DNA of 64,000 nt from Thermoplasmatota archaeon (GCA_029932465.1 JAOZQA010000001.1:2953-66952); one strand, 5' to 3'; positions 35,808 to 47,142 are shown, numbered from the stretch's first letter. The notes: a model not told the origin generated them from the sequence alone. Translations and numbers: made by a program.

Positions 35808-37064
35808 ATGTCCATTCTGATCAAGGATGTTGAGATCGTCGGGGTACGGGGAAAAAAGAGCGTATACATAGAGGAGGGTAAGATAGTCGAGGTGGGAAAT
35901 CCGTCGGTGGAGGCGGACAGGGTTATCAGAGGGGATTTCATCCTCTCCCCCGCCTTTTATAACACGCATACCCACGCTGCGATGACCCTTCTTAGGGGTT
36001 ACGGAGATGATATGGATCTCCAGAGCTGGCTTACCGAAAAAATATGGCCCCGGGAGGCAAAACTCAAGCCAGAGGATGTCTATTGGGGAACCCGCCTTGC
36101 GGCCCTAGAGATGATCCGCTCAGGGGTTGTGGGATTTGCGGATATGTACTTTTACGTGAAAGAGGTTGCTAGGGCCGTTGTAGATCAGGGTGTGAGGGCG
36201 CTCATTTCAGAGGGCTTTATAGACCTCTTCGACGAGGAGAAGAGGGAGAATGAAATAAAGAAGGTGGAGAAGGGCCTGAAGGCGCTTGAGGACTTCCCCT
36301 CCGAGAGGGTCCGTCCATCTCTGGGACCCCACGCAGTATATACGGTTTCCAGAGAAGGCTTTGAGTATATAAGAGAGAAGGCAGATGAAACAGGATACCC
36401 CATTCACATTCACCTTCTGGAGACCCGGGTGGAGCTGGAGGATTTCTTGAAGGAACACGGGGTCTCCCCCGTGAAATACCTTCAGGAAGTGGGCATCCTG
36501 AGGAAGGGAACAATTGCCGCCCACTCGGTTCACCTTACTGATGATGAGATAGATGTGTATTCGAAACTCGGGGTCTATCCGTCTCACTGCCCCACCTCCA
36601 ACATGAAGCTCTCTGTTAAAGGCATCATGCCCGCCCAGAGGATGGTGGAGAAGGGGGTCAGAGTGACTTTGGGGACGGACGGTGCCGCCTCCAACAACTC
36701 CTTGAACATGCTCCAGGAGATGAAGTTTGCCGCCCTCCTGGCGAAAGGACTCTCTTCCCCGACGAACCTTCCGGCTGAGGTGGTGTTCAGAATAGCGACG
36801 GAATGGGGTGCTGAGGCTCTTGGCTTCCGTGCTGGGAAAGTGGAGGAGGGCTACGACGCGGACCTCCTCCTCTTCAAGCGCCGCCATGTTTCATTCACCC
36901 CGGGGTTCAATAGCATCTCCGACATCGTCTACTCGGCTGGCCCCTCCTCGCTTGACACGGTTATATGCCTAGGAGAGGTTCTCATGGAGGAGGGTGTGAT
37001 TCCCTCTGAGGAGGAGGTCATAGAGAGGACAAGGGAGGTGTCTTACGACCTCATTGAGAGGTGA
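35808..37064 (+). CDS. mtaD: 5-methylthioadenosine/S-adenosylhomocysteine deaminase (amidohydrolase)
   Basis: NTHTHAAM, DMYF, PHAVY, HIHLLET, AHSV, HCP.SNMKL, LGTDG.ASNN; start ATG 35808. Confidence 0.85.
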   Translation: MSILIKDVEIVGVRGKKSVYIEEGKIVEVGNPSVEADRVIRGDFILSPAFYNTHTHAAMTLLRGYGDDMDLQSWLTEKIWPREAKLKPEDVYWGTRLAALEMIRSGVVGFADMYFYVKEVARAVVDQGVRALISEGFIDLFDEEKRENEIKKVEKGLKALEDFPSERVRPSLGPHAVYTVSREGFEYIREKADETGYPIHIHLLETRVELEDFLKEHGVSPVKYLQEVGILRKGTIAAHSVHLTDDEIDVYSKLGVYPSHCPTSNMKLSVKGIMPAQRMVEKGVRVTLGTDGAASNNSLNMLQEMKFAALLAKGLSSPTNLPAEVVFRIATEWGAEALGFRAGKVEEGYDADLLLFKRRHVSFTPGFNSISDIVYSAGPSSLDTVICLGEVLMEEGVIPSEEEVIERTREVSYDLIER

Positions 37065-37068
37065 TCTT

Positions 37069-37638
37069 ATGAAAGAGGTTGAAATGGCTAAAGAGCTGCT
37101 TAGGGAGAGCATGAAGAGGGTACCCACGATGAAGAAGGGAGACTATCTCTACTTCATTCACCCGCTGACGGATGGGGTACCGTATATAACCCCCAGTATT
37201 CTTGAGTCTGTGACAGAGGCCTTCGCTCAGCTTCTGCCGCAGGGGACGGAGCGTATAGTGACTGTTGAGGCCATGGGCATCCCTCTTGCCACTGCACTCT
37301 CTCTTAAGACCGGCATCCCCTTTACCATAATAAGAAAGAGATCATACGGGCTGGAGGGGGAGAAAGAAGTGGTGCAGGTGACGGGATACTCCCGCTCAAA
37401 GCTCTACATAAACGGCCTTGAGAGGGGGATGAGGGTGGTAATTGTGGATGACGTTTTATCCACTGGGGGCACCCTAAGGGCGGTTCTCAAGACCCTTAAA
37501 GGTATGGGTGTTGAGGTGCTCAGGGTTCTTATGGTTTTCAATAAAATGGAGGGGCTGGATGGGTTCCAGAGGGAACTTGGCGCAGAGATCGTACCCCTGC
37601 TTGATGTTTTTGTTGAGGGCGATAAACTCGTGTACTAG
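37069..37638 (+). CDS. hpt: Archaeal hypoxanthine/guanine phosphoribosyltransferase
   Basis: YFIHPLTDGVP, EAMGIP, IRKRSYG, VIVDDVLSTGGT; start ATG 37069. Confidence 0.85.
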   Translation: MKEVEMAKELLRESMKRVPTMKKGDYLYFIHPLTDGVPYITPSILESVTEAFAQLLPQGTERIVTVEAMGIPLATALSLKTGIPFTIIRKRSYGLEGEKEVVQVTGYSRSKLYINGLERGMRVVIVDDVLSTGGTLRAVLKTLKGMGVEVLRVLMVFNKMEGLDGFQRELGAEIVPLLDVFVEGDKLVY

Positions 37639-37665
37639 GATGCCCTTCGGGAGCCGTCGATTCCT

Positions 37666-38304
37666 TCAGTAGCCGTGTTTACCTATAAGGGGCACAAAGA
37701 CACATTCCGTACGGTCCTCTTCCACTACTCTTCCCCTTCTCTTCCGTATCTTCTTAAGTATCTGGTAGCCGTAGCCAGTCTCCACAGGAATTAGAAGAAG
37801 CCCACCTTCCTTCAGCTGTTCAAGCAGGGGTGGGGGGACCCCCGGGGAGGCAGCGGTCACATAGATGCGGTCATAGGGTGCAGAAGGGGGATAGCCTAAG
37901 GAGCCGTCACCTGCTACTACTTTCACGTTATCTATGCCAGCCCGTCTTAGGTTCCTCTCAGCGAACCTTGCAAGCTCCGGGATGCGCTCAACTGTGATGA
38001 CCTTCCCACCCGGTAGGACCAGCCTTGAGATCACGGCAGCGTGATAGCCCGAGCCGCTGCCGACTTCTAAGATAACCTCACCCGGCTGGGGATTAAGTTC
38101 CTCTACCATGATGGCCACCATATGGGGTGCGGAGATGGTCTGACCGTGCCCTATGGGAAGGGGTCTGTCCACATAGGCGACTGGAAGGTTAACTTTCCCC
38201 ACGAAATGCTTTCTGTCCACTGCCATAAAGGCTTCCTTCACCCTCTCGCTCTTTATAAGGCCATCCCGCAGGAGGCGCTCCACCATTTGGCGGTTTGTGT
38301 ACAT
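37666..38304 (-). CDS. pcm: Protein-L-isoaspartate O-methyltransferase
   Basis: GQTISAPHMVA, LEVGSGSGYHAA, GDGSLG, APYDRIYVTAA, FVPL. Confidence 0.93.
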   Translation of the reverse strand: MYTNRQMVERLLRDGLIKSERVKEAFMAVDRKHFVGKVNLPVAYVDRPLPIGHGQTISAPHMVAIMVEELNPQPGEVILEVGSGSGYHAAVISRLVLPGGKVITVERIPELARFAERNLRRAGIDNVKVVAGDGSLGYPPSAPYDRIYVTAASPGVPPPLLEQLKEGGLLLIPVETGYGYQILKKIRKRRGRVVEEDRTECVFVPLIGKHGY

Positions 38305-38318
38305 GCCAGCCCACCTTT

Positions 38319-39659
<1,341 letters not shown>

Positions 39660-39819
39660 TCACATTAAAACCCTACCGATTCACTTGCCCAGGGCTCCAC
39701 CCCCAACCGTGCACATAGGGCTCGCAAGGGCAGAGTTTAGGGGAGATCCCCAACTATTCAATAATAAAAATTAATATGTAGAATGTTTTATAACAGCCTG
39801 CTAAAAGTCCACGAAGAGG

Positions 39820-40512
39820 TTGAAGACTATGTTTTTGGACACCCTTGAAGGTCTAAGCAGAATATTCAGAGGAGACATAAAGCCCCCGAAAGTCATTCTG
39901 GTTACGGGCCCTCCCGGATCTCTCAAATCCTCCTTTGTATACATGCTCTTCTCAAAGTACTTGAAGAACCGTGATGAGGTGGGGCTTTACTGTACCCTGG
40001 AGGAGTCCGTTGCCTCGCATCTTACAAACATGGAGAGTCTGGGAGTGGAGCTAATATATAACATGCAGATCATTGACTTCTCGTCCCTGAGGAGGGAAGA
40101 GGAGGAGATGGACTATCTGGAATTCCTCAAAAAAAGCCTGGTGAGGTTCAAGGAGAAATACGGAGAACATTTTACACTCTTCGCCCTGGACTCCTTAGGC
40201 GCCCTCTATTCCATCATGGAGGATGACACGAACCTCAGGAGGAGGATGTATCACTTCTTTCAGTTCCTGAGGGAGCTTAATCTCTTCTCCTTCCTCATCA
40301 TGGAGAGGGACCCAGACAGCCCGTCACAGTTTCTGGGAAATGAATCCTATCTCTCCGACGGCATAATCTATTTGGGGATGAAGAACCGGAAGGGCCAGAT
40401 CATAAGATTCATCCAGATCGAGAAGATGCGTACTGTGGAGCACAGTATGGCTCCCCACGCGATCACCGTTAGAAAAGGAGACATCTCCATACTAGGAGAA
40501 ATCCTTGACTGA
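39820..40512 (+). CDS. Single-domain KaiC/RAD55-family ATPase
   Basis: TGPPGSLKS, TLEES, FALDSL, SDGII, IQIEKMR. Confidence 0.85.
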   Translation: MKTMFLDTLEGLSRIFRGDIKPPKVILVTGPPGSLKSSFVYMLFSKYLKNRDEVGLYCTLEESVASHLTNMESLGVELIYNMQIIDFSSLRREEEEMDYLEFLKKSLVRFKEKYGEHFTLFALDSLGALYSIMEDDTNLRRRMYHFFQFLRELNLFSFLIMERDPDSPSQFLGNESYLSDGIIYLGMKNRKGQIIRFIQIEKMRTVEHSMAPHAITVRKGDISILGEILD

Positions 40513-41242
40513 GGGGGTGAGGAAGCTGAATGGGACTTCAAAAGAGGACGAAAAGGAGAAGAAAAGGCGGTGGCTTCAGGAGCATAAAATGCTTCAGGAT
40601 GAACTCCTCAAGATGAAGTTTGAGATGGTGGCTGAGGGGAAGAGAGATGGGAAGATGGAAGTGAAATCCCCTTACCTGGAATCGGTTTCCGAGAGAATAG
40701 TCTCCGGGAGGACCGAACTGCCTTCAGTCCCAACAGGAAAGAGCGAAGGTGGCCCGAGGGGTGAAGTGCCTACCATACCCAAGCCCCCCGGGTTGGCTGA
40801 ACACATTGCCAAGATCCTGGAGCACGAAAGCAAGATCAAGAGGATGAAATACAAAATGATGAGGGATGAAGAAGAGAGCTTTAAGAGGGCGGGAGAGAAA
40901 GCACCGAAGCCGGTTGAGGGCGCAGCTCCCTCGAGGCCCTCCAAAGAGATTGCGGAGACAAAGAAGGCAGCACTTCAAGCAGAGAAACCTGCTCCTTCCC
41001 CCCTGGGGGTGTCGCCCCCTTCGGCTCCCCCCCGCCCGTCAGATGCAGGGAAAGAGGCACCAGGTGAGGGCACCCTTTTGAAGGAGAAAACCTCTGAAAA
41101 GTCAGAGGTTTCCCCGGGCGTCCCCTCTCCCAAAGTTGTTTCATCCTCAGGTGACGAAAAGAAGGAAGCAGTAGCGCCCAAGAAAGTACGGAAGCTGAGG
41201 GTTATAAGGAAGAAAAAGATTAAACGGAAGGGTGTTTCATGA
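40505..41242 (+). CDS. Pro/Lys/Glu-rich probably disordered protein with basic C-terminal tail
   Basis: Overlaps both neighbours; low complexity; ends KKVRKLRVIRKKKIKRKGVS. Start codon uncertain. Confidence 0.6.
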   Translation: MTEGVRKLNGTSKEDEKEKKRRWLQEHKMLQDELLKMKFEMVAEGKRDGKMEVKSPYLESVSERIVSGRTELPSVPTGKSEGGPRGEVPTIPKPPGLAEHIAKILEHESKIKRMKYKMMRDEEESFKRAGEKAPKPVEGAAPSRPSKEIAETKKAALQAEKPAPSPLGVSPPSAPPRPSDAGKEAPGEGTLLKEKTSEKSEVSPGVPSPKVVSSSGDEKKEAVAPKKVRKLRVIRKKKIKRKGVS

Positions 41243-44200
41243 ACGTTGAGGAGATGGCGAAGAAGGCGATGAGAAAAAAGCGCCTTCCGGCAGAGGAGCA
41301 TTTAATCTTACTCAGACTTTCCTACGTCACCGGTACGTTCAAAAAAAAGGAATTCTTAAAGCTTAGGGAGCGCATTGAAAGGGGGGAGATGGGGAGAGAC
41401 GAATTTGAGAGGAGGGTACTGGAGCCGTTGAGTACTAATCTGAAAGAGATCCTCCTTGGTTTCTATAATGGCCTTCTAGCAGACCTACCTGAAGGTTTCT
41501 CAAAAAAGGGAAGAAAGGAGGCGGATCTCTCGGAACAAATCGAAGGGAAGTTCGTAAGGTGTTCGAAGGGTCTTAAGCGTCTTGAGAACCTCATAAACGC
41601 CTTCCCCTCCACCCAGAGGATTTTTTACCGGGAAGCGCTGGAAAGATTGAGAGACGTCATAGAGAACCCCACATGGCTGAAAAGTATAGAGGACAGCATG
41701 CTATCTCAGGTTAAAATAAGATTCACCTCCTACGCGAGGGCCCTCAAAAAAGGGAACATAACGCTATCGCTAGCCCATTCAAAAAGACTTATGGAGATAA
41801 TACGCTATTCTAAGCTTATTGTAGAGATTAATTCAAATGTTGAGGAAGTCTTAACCCACGTTGAGAACATACTAGTTGTGAAGAGAAGAAGAAAGGAGAT
41901 AAAAAGCCTCCATAAGCTTCTCCTGCGCAGCGGGGTGGATGTGAGGAGTTACATCCACCGGAGGCATAGGCTCACCAAGGAACTCGGGAAGGAACTTCTT
42001 CACAACGAAAGGGAATATTTGGAGAATCGGGTGAGTGGACTGGAGGAGTTGGAGGAGACAGTGGATACAATCACTCCCATCCTATCCGCCCCGGTGAATC
42101 TTTCCAGAAGGGACAGAGTTCTTAAACATCTGAGCGACGTACGCAATACAATTCCACACGATGATTATCCCAGCTACGTTCTTCTCACCTTTCAACCCTT
42201 CACCTCTATGGATAAGATAGAAGACGCAAAAAGGATACAGATGCTGAGATGGGACCTTGGCGACCTTATGACGGCAGGCGGCGTTACAGAGGACACTCTC
42301 AGATCATATCTCAGGTCTATGGCAGTTATTCTTGAAGGAAATCTTAAAGGGACTGCCCGGGCAGAAAGCCTCTATGATACTGTAGAGGTGATGAAGAGTC
42401 AGGGCCTTCAAAATACCTGGCAGAGATTGAGGATGAGGCTTGATGCCCTTCGAAAGGCCACGGAGGCTGTTAAGGAGGCCGGTATTGAACCTTCCGAAGA
42501 ACAGCTCCAGAAGATGGGGGAACTCGAGGAGCTTCTCCGCGGGGAGCCGAATTTTGCGATTGTAGAAAGCGTAACCGAGGAGCTGAAGGGTGTTGAGAAG
42601 GAACTTGAGGGGATTATGAAGGGGAGGGAGGACCAACTGATACTTGAGAGGGCGGAGAATTTGATGGCCTCTCTGAAAGCGCTTCGGGCCGAGGGATTGG
42701 ATGTCACCCCACTACTTGAGAGAGTTCAGGAAACCCTTGTTAAGGAGAAAATCGTCTATCCCATGCAGGAACTCATTGACCTTTATGATATAGAGAGGGA
42801 GATAAGAAAGCTAGAGGAGGAACTTAAGGAGAATAAATTGAAATCCATGAAAGCGGAGATAGAAGAGAGATTGAAAGAGGCCGAAGAGAGAGGACTTGAA
42901 GTGGCCTTGGAGAAGGAGTCCCTGGCTAAGATCGAGTCCAACTGGGATAAATGGAGCAAGGAGAGACTCACCAATGAACTTCAGGCTCTTAACTACTCCA
43001 TCATGAACCGCCTTGTGGGAACGAGGAAAGAAGAGTTGAAAGAGCAGCTCCAACTTTTACGAAAAGAGGCTACGGAATCCAGTGCTGCACTGGATCTTTC
43101 AGAGGCGATGTCTCTTTTGAACGAAGCTGAGAAGATGTTTGAAAGCAATCAACTGGAATTTGCTGATGCATACTTGAGGAGAGCCCAAGAGGCTCTTGAT
43201 ATGAACAGGAAGGTTTTCATAACCGAATCCTCGTTCTCCAAATTAAATAATTTAAAAGAAGAGGTCGAAGCGCTTAAAGAGAGCGGGGCAGACGTATTTG
43301 AGGTTGAACAGCTTCTGACGGAGGCGGAAGACCTTCTTATTAAGGAAAGATACGAGGAAGCTAAGGCTACCCTTGACCAGGTTGATAGGAGATTTTCCAC
43401 ACTGAGGGAGGAATACCTAAATTATTTCATACCCCAGCAGATAGAGCAAATACGTGAGACCTCTGAGAACTTAAGCAGGAAAGGAATTCCCAGCAGATTC
43501 ATCACCACAAGACTTGAGGAACTGGAAGACGCCTTGAGGGCAGGGGACCTTAAAGGTAGCTTAAGGTTGCTCAACGAAGCAAAAAGAAGTCTTGAGAGGA
43601 TCTACCTGACGGACAACGTTACTGCCTTACCGGAGAGGATTATGAGGCTCAGGGAGACGAAAGAGAGGCTGAAAGGGTATGGGGTGGCGATAGAAGACGT
43701 TGAAGCGCTTCTGGATGAAGCGGAAAGACTTCTTTCTGCAGAAGATTTCAGCGCTGCAAGGGAACTTACGGACAGGGCGGAAAATATACTTAAGGAAAGA
43801 GAAATCAACTTCCAGAAAAGCTCCTATAAGACTATGTTTGAAAGGTCTCAGGAGCTCATTGATATGATGAGGAAGGAGGGAATAGAGGTCAAGGTTCCCG
43901 AGCTTGAAATCAATCTGGCGCAGGACAGCTACAGCAGAGGCGACTACTCTAAGGCCTTCAATTTGATGAAAAGTGTGGTGGATTATCTTGAGAGGGAATA
44001 CAAGGAGAAGTACTTCTCTCGGAAGAAGCAGGTATACTTTGACCAGATAGAAGAGCTTAAAGGGATTTATAACGAGCTGCCAGAGGATAAAAAAAAGGAA
44101 TTTGAGGAGGCCCTCAGGGCAGTGGAAGAAAGGCTGCTTCTTGATGACCTGGAAGGCGCTGACAGTATGCTGGAGAGGATGAGGGAGATCGTTCTTAAAG

Positions 44201-46242
44201 GGGAGGAGCAGATTCGTGTGGAATCCCTCAGAAAGAGTATACGGACCATGGATGTTCTGATAAAGAGGTTGAAGGACGCTGGGGTGGATGTGGGTGAGGC
44301 ACCGAAGCTGTTAAAGGAAATCGAGGAAGAGATTGACAGAGGCAACATTGAGAAAGCTGAGGAACTCACTGAAAGGCTTGAAACGTATCTGGTGGAGGAG
44401 AAGAGGGGAGTGCTCGAGGAGAACCTGCGGGTTGAGATTGAAGGCTTGAGAAGGAGAATCAGAGATCTCCGCAATGTCGGGATGGATATGGAGTATGCTG
44501 CTAATATCGTTTCAAAAGCGGAAGAGCTTATTGAAGTGGGGAAGGTGGATGAGGCTTCGAGGCTCCTTGGTGAGGCAAATGAAATTGTGGAGGCAGCGGA
44601 AGAGGTCGCCAGAGAGGGCCGTCTTTTCGAATCGGCGAAGGAGGTTGAACAGCTTATAGAAGAGTTGAAGGGCGAAGGGGTTGAGGTTCCGGAGACCGAG
44701 CTTCTTGAAAAGGCCAGAGAGCTTGCCGCTTCAGGGGAACTTGAGGAAGCGGAGGAGATGCTGAGAAGATTGAAGGAGACGCTCAGTGCCAGACGGAAAG
44801 AGATCTTGGAAAGCCGTTTCACAGAGGAGGTTGGCGAGATACTCAAGGAGGCAGTCATATTGAAAGAGGAGGGGCTGGAGATAGAGAATATAGAGGCTAA
44901 GATTAAAGAAGCCACAGAGAAGTTCCAGAATGAGGATTATGAGCGTGCATTTCAAATTCTTAAGGATTTAAGGACCATAGTAGATGAGCTGAAGGGAGCT
45001 CGGGAGATAGGGGATGTCAAAAAGGCGCTGGAGAGGGTTCTTGCCTCTCTTGAATACTATTATGGGAGAAGGGAACGTCTGCCCAGAAAGTTGCGAGAGC
45101 TTGAGAAGGCAGTCAAATCCGCCCTGGAGAGCGGTGATGAGGAGGAGATGTCAAGCGTACTGGAAGAGGTATTAAGCCTGCAGATGAGCGATAAACTGGC
45201 TAGAGCGGTCTCCAGGAATATTAGGCGCTATTCGGGTGAACTGATCTCGGAGATAAAGCCAGATGAGGAGACCATGGAAGTAGTGTCTGAGAGGATCTCC
45301 AGGCTAACCGAACTAATAAAGAGGGGAGATTACAACGAAGCTGTGAAAGAGGGCTTTACTCTTCTGGGAATGCTGGTGGAGATGAAAAAGAAAAAGGAAC
45401 TTGAGAAAGAGATGAAAAGGATTGAGGTGTTAAGAAGAGAGGTGGAGCTTCTCAAAAATGAGGGTTATAGTGTTGAGGTAATAGAGAACATCCTCACAGA
45501 AGCGGAGATGGAGTTTCAGGAAGGTGATTACGATAGAGCAAGGGTGCTTCTGAAAAGAGGTAAAGACTATCTGAAGGAGCTCAGCCTGAGGTATAAGCTG
45601 GAGAGGGCGAGAGAGGCCATAGATCTGACCGAGGCTCTTGTGAGGTATTTGAAGGATAACTTTGTGGGCATCTCTTCCCATCTCCGCAAGCCAGAAGAAC
45701 TTCTTAAAAAAGCTAGAGAGGCCTTCATAAACAGAAAATACCGGACGGCTGAGAAGTATGCAAACCGCGCTAGGGAACTTATAGAGGGGAACGAAGAGCT
45801 GAATCTGGAGCAGTTTCTCTACGTCTTCTACTCCCTGCATCTTAACGAGAGAATCAGTGACTACATAAGCAAATTGGAGGCTATGAGCAAGAAGGTGAGA
45901 GGAGCGGAGGGGATAATAGAGGAACTTAAGGTCTTGAGGCGGGAGCTGGAAAGCGGTATGGATCCCACAGTTGGTGAGATGAGGTTAAAAGAGATCAGAA
46001 CACGGATGAGAGCGCTGGAAGAGACAGCACAGAAGAATGAGGCTTTTGAAGCGCTGAACAACCTCTATAAGAAGCTCCAGCCGTATATGGACCGAAGGGA
46101 AAAGAGCTTCCGTGAGGCTGTCAAATATTACAATCTAGCAAAGGAGGCCTTCTCCTTCCAGGAATACACCAAGGTAATACTCTATTCAAAAAGAGCACTC
46201 TTTATGCTCAAGAGAGCCCTGACGAAGGAAAGAAAGGGGTGA
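41239..46242 (+). CDS. Giant (1667 aa) alpha-helical repeat / coiled-coil protein
   Basis: Uninterrupted ORF; at least a dozen units like LKxxG[VI]DV.E.E.LL.EAE..L..GDY..A; no TM segment or catalytic motif seen. Confidence 0.8.
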   Translation: MNVEEMAKKAMRKKRLPAEEHLILLRLSYVTGTFKKKEFLKLRERIERGEMGRDEFERRVLEPLSTNLKEILLGFYNGLLADLPEGFSKKGRKEADLSEQIEGKFVRCSKGLKRLENLINAFPSTQRIFYREALERLRDVIENPTWLKSIEDSMLSQVKIRFTSYARALKKGNITLSLAHSKRLMEIIRYSKLIVEINSNVEEVLTHVENILVVKRRRKEIKSLHKLLLRSGVDVRSYIHRRHRLTKELGKELLHNEREYLENRVSGLEELEETVDTITPILSAPVNLSRRDRVLKHLSDVRNTIPHDDYPSYVLLTFQPFTSMDKIEDAKRIQMLRWDLGDLMTAGGVTEDTLRSYLRSMAVILEGNLKGTARAESLYDTVEVMKSQGLQNTWQRLRMRLDALRKATEAVKEAGIEPSEEQLQKMGELEELLRGEPNFAIVESVTEELKGVEKELEGIMKGREDQLILERAENLMASLKALRAEGLDVTPLLERVQETLVKEKIVYPMQELIDLYDIEREIRKLEEELKENKLKSMKAEIEERLKEAEERGLEVALEKESLAKIESNWDKWSKERLTNELQALNYSIMNRLVGTRKEELKEQLQLLRKEATESSAALDLSEAMSLLNEAEKMFESNQLEFADAYLRRAQEALDMNRKVFITESSFSKLNNLKEEVEALKESGADVFEVEQLLTEAEDLLIKERYEEAKATLDQVDRRFSTLREEYLNYFIPQQIEQIRETSENLSRKGIPSRFITTRLEELEDALRAGDLKGSLRLLNEAKRSLERIYLTDNVTALPERIMRLRETKERLKGYGVAIEDVEALLDEAERLLSAEDFSAARELTDRAENILKEREINFQKSSYKTMFERSQELIDMMRKEGIEVKVPELEINLAQDSYSRGDYSKAFNLMKSVVDYLEREYKEKYFSRKKQVYFDQIEELKGIYNELPEDKKKEFEEALRAVEERLLLDDLEGADSMLERMREIVLKGEEQIRVESLRKSIRTMDVLIKRLKDAGVDVGEAPKLLKEIEEEIDRGNIEKAEELTERLETYLVEEKRGVLEENLRVEIEGLRRRIRDLRNVGMDMEYAANIVSKAEELIEVGKVDEASRLLGEANEIVEAAEEVAREGRLFESAKEVEQLIEELKGEGVEVPETELLEKARELAASGELEEAEEMLRRLKETLSARRKEILESRFTEEVGEILKEAVILKEEGLEIENIEAKIKEATEKFQNEDYERAFQILKDLRTIVDELKGAREIGDVKKALERVLASLEYYYGRRERLPRKLRELEKAVKSALESGDEEEMSSVLEEVLSLQMSDKLARAVSRNIRRYSGELISEIKPDEETMEVVSERISRLTELIKRGDYNEAVKEGFTLLGMLVEMKKKKELEKEMKRIEVLRREVELLKNEGYSVEVIENILTEAEMEFQEGDYDRARVLLKRGKDYLKELSLRYKLERAREAIDLTEALVRYLKDNFVGISSHLRKPEELLKKAREAFINRKYRTAEKYANRARELIEGNEELNLEQFLYVFYSLHLNERISDYISKLEAMSKKVRGAEGIIEELKVLRRELESGMDPTVGEMRLKEIRTRMRALEETAQKNEAFEALNNLYKKLQPYMDRREKSFREAVKYYNLAKEAFSFQEYTKVILYSKRALFMLKRALTKERKG

Positions 46243-46248
46243 GCAACG

Positions 46249-46437
46249 GTGGGAAAGGAAGGGAAATGGCTCCCATCAGTGGAAGAGCCAGAACCTCTGG
46301 AAGCTTGTTCTTACGAAGACCCGGCTGCGCACAGGGAAGGGGTGTGGAATCTTCTTCTCAGAGTGGGCCTTCTTCTTTTCAACGTGGCTCTGGTGCTCGG
46401 CCTGCTCCTCTTCCTCTACTTCTACTTGAGCGGCTGA
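46249..46437 (+). CDS. Small protein with C-terminal transmembrane helix
   Basis: 62 aa ending LLLRVGLLLFNVALVLGLLLFLYFYLSG, 6 nt after the giant gene. Confidence 0.45.
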   Translation: MGKEGKWLPSVEEPEPLEACSYEDPAAHREGVWNLLLRVGLLLFNVALVLGLLLFLYFYLSG

Positions 46438-46439
46438 TT

Positions 46440-47093
46440 TCAGCATATACCTTTTAAGTAGCCCAGCGCTCCCATAAGATGGTATTTTCCCTCCCCGCTG
46501 CACCAGCTACCGTGGCCCGGGTAGAGGCTTCTGAAGTCCTCTTCGATCAAGGATTTCAAGGAGCTACAAAGTAGTCTCAGGTCGCCCCCGGGGAGGTCCC
46601 ACCGCCCTACCCACCCGCCACAGAAAAGCAGGTCACCTGAGAAGAGTGCTCCTTCCTCCTCATATATATACACGGTCGAGCCCGGGGAGTGCCCAGGGGT
46701 GTGAATGGTCTTGAGGGAAAGGCCCCCCGGGAGGTGCAGTGTGCCTTCTTGAAAGGTCTTAATCTCCTGAGGGGGTCTGAACACCTCCCCGAAAAGCCAT
46801 CCTCCAATGTAAGTGTCATCTCCCTGGGCGAGTGTATCCCGAGCTACTCTATGCGCAAAGACAGGGCAATTGAACCTCTCCTGTAGTGCACGAGCGGCCC
46901 CAGCGTGGTCAATGTGCTCGTGGGTAAGCAAGATGCACTGGAGGTCTTGGGTGTGCCTCTCAATCCTTCTGATGAGCTCCCCCCCTCTAGAGGGGAGGGA
47001 AGTGTCTATAAGATACCAGTTATCAGAGTGGTTGATCAGATAGGAAGCACACCCTATGGAGTCATCCCCACACTGGATAACCTTGAAGGGCAT
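46440..47093 (-). CDS. Metallo-beta-lactamase fold hydrolase (glyoxalase II-like)
   Basis: THEHIDH, HTPGHSPG, FSGD, YPGHG. Confidence 0.87.
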   Translation of the reverse strand: MPFKVIQCGDDSIGCASYLINHSDNWYLIDTSLPSRGGELIRRIERHTQDLQCILLTHEHIDHAGAARALQERFNCPVFAHRVARDTLAQGDDTYIGGWLFGEVFRPPQEIKTFQEGTLHLPGGLSLKTIHTPGHSPGSTVYIYEEEGALFSGDLLFCGGWVGRWDLPGGDLRLLCSSLKSLIEEDFRSLYPGHGSWCSGEGKYHLMGALGYLKGIC

Positions 47094-47142
47094 GATACAC
47101 TCAATCATTTATATGCTTAAACGTTTACCCTTCCGCATGCAC

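Noticed and set aside
39660-39760. GC-rich purA leader ending CCTGGGCAA, reminiscent of a ZTP riboswitch 3' end
   Set aside because: The GACTGRCGGA 5' element and GCCG..CG pairing region are absent; no purine riboswitch core either.
44067-44915. 282-aa Ser-rich ORF and similar ORFs antisense to the giant gene
   Set aside because: Antisense shadows of Glu/Arg-rich coding sequence; no motifs.
46239-46457. Alternative 72-aa ORF after the giant gene
   Set aside because: No recognisable features; the overlapping 62-aa frame with a clear TM helix is more plausible.
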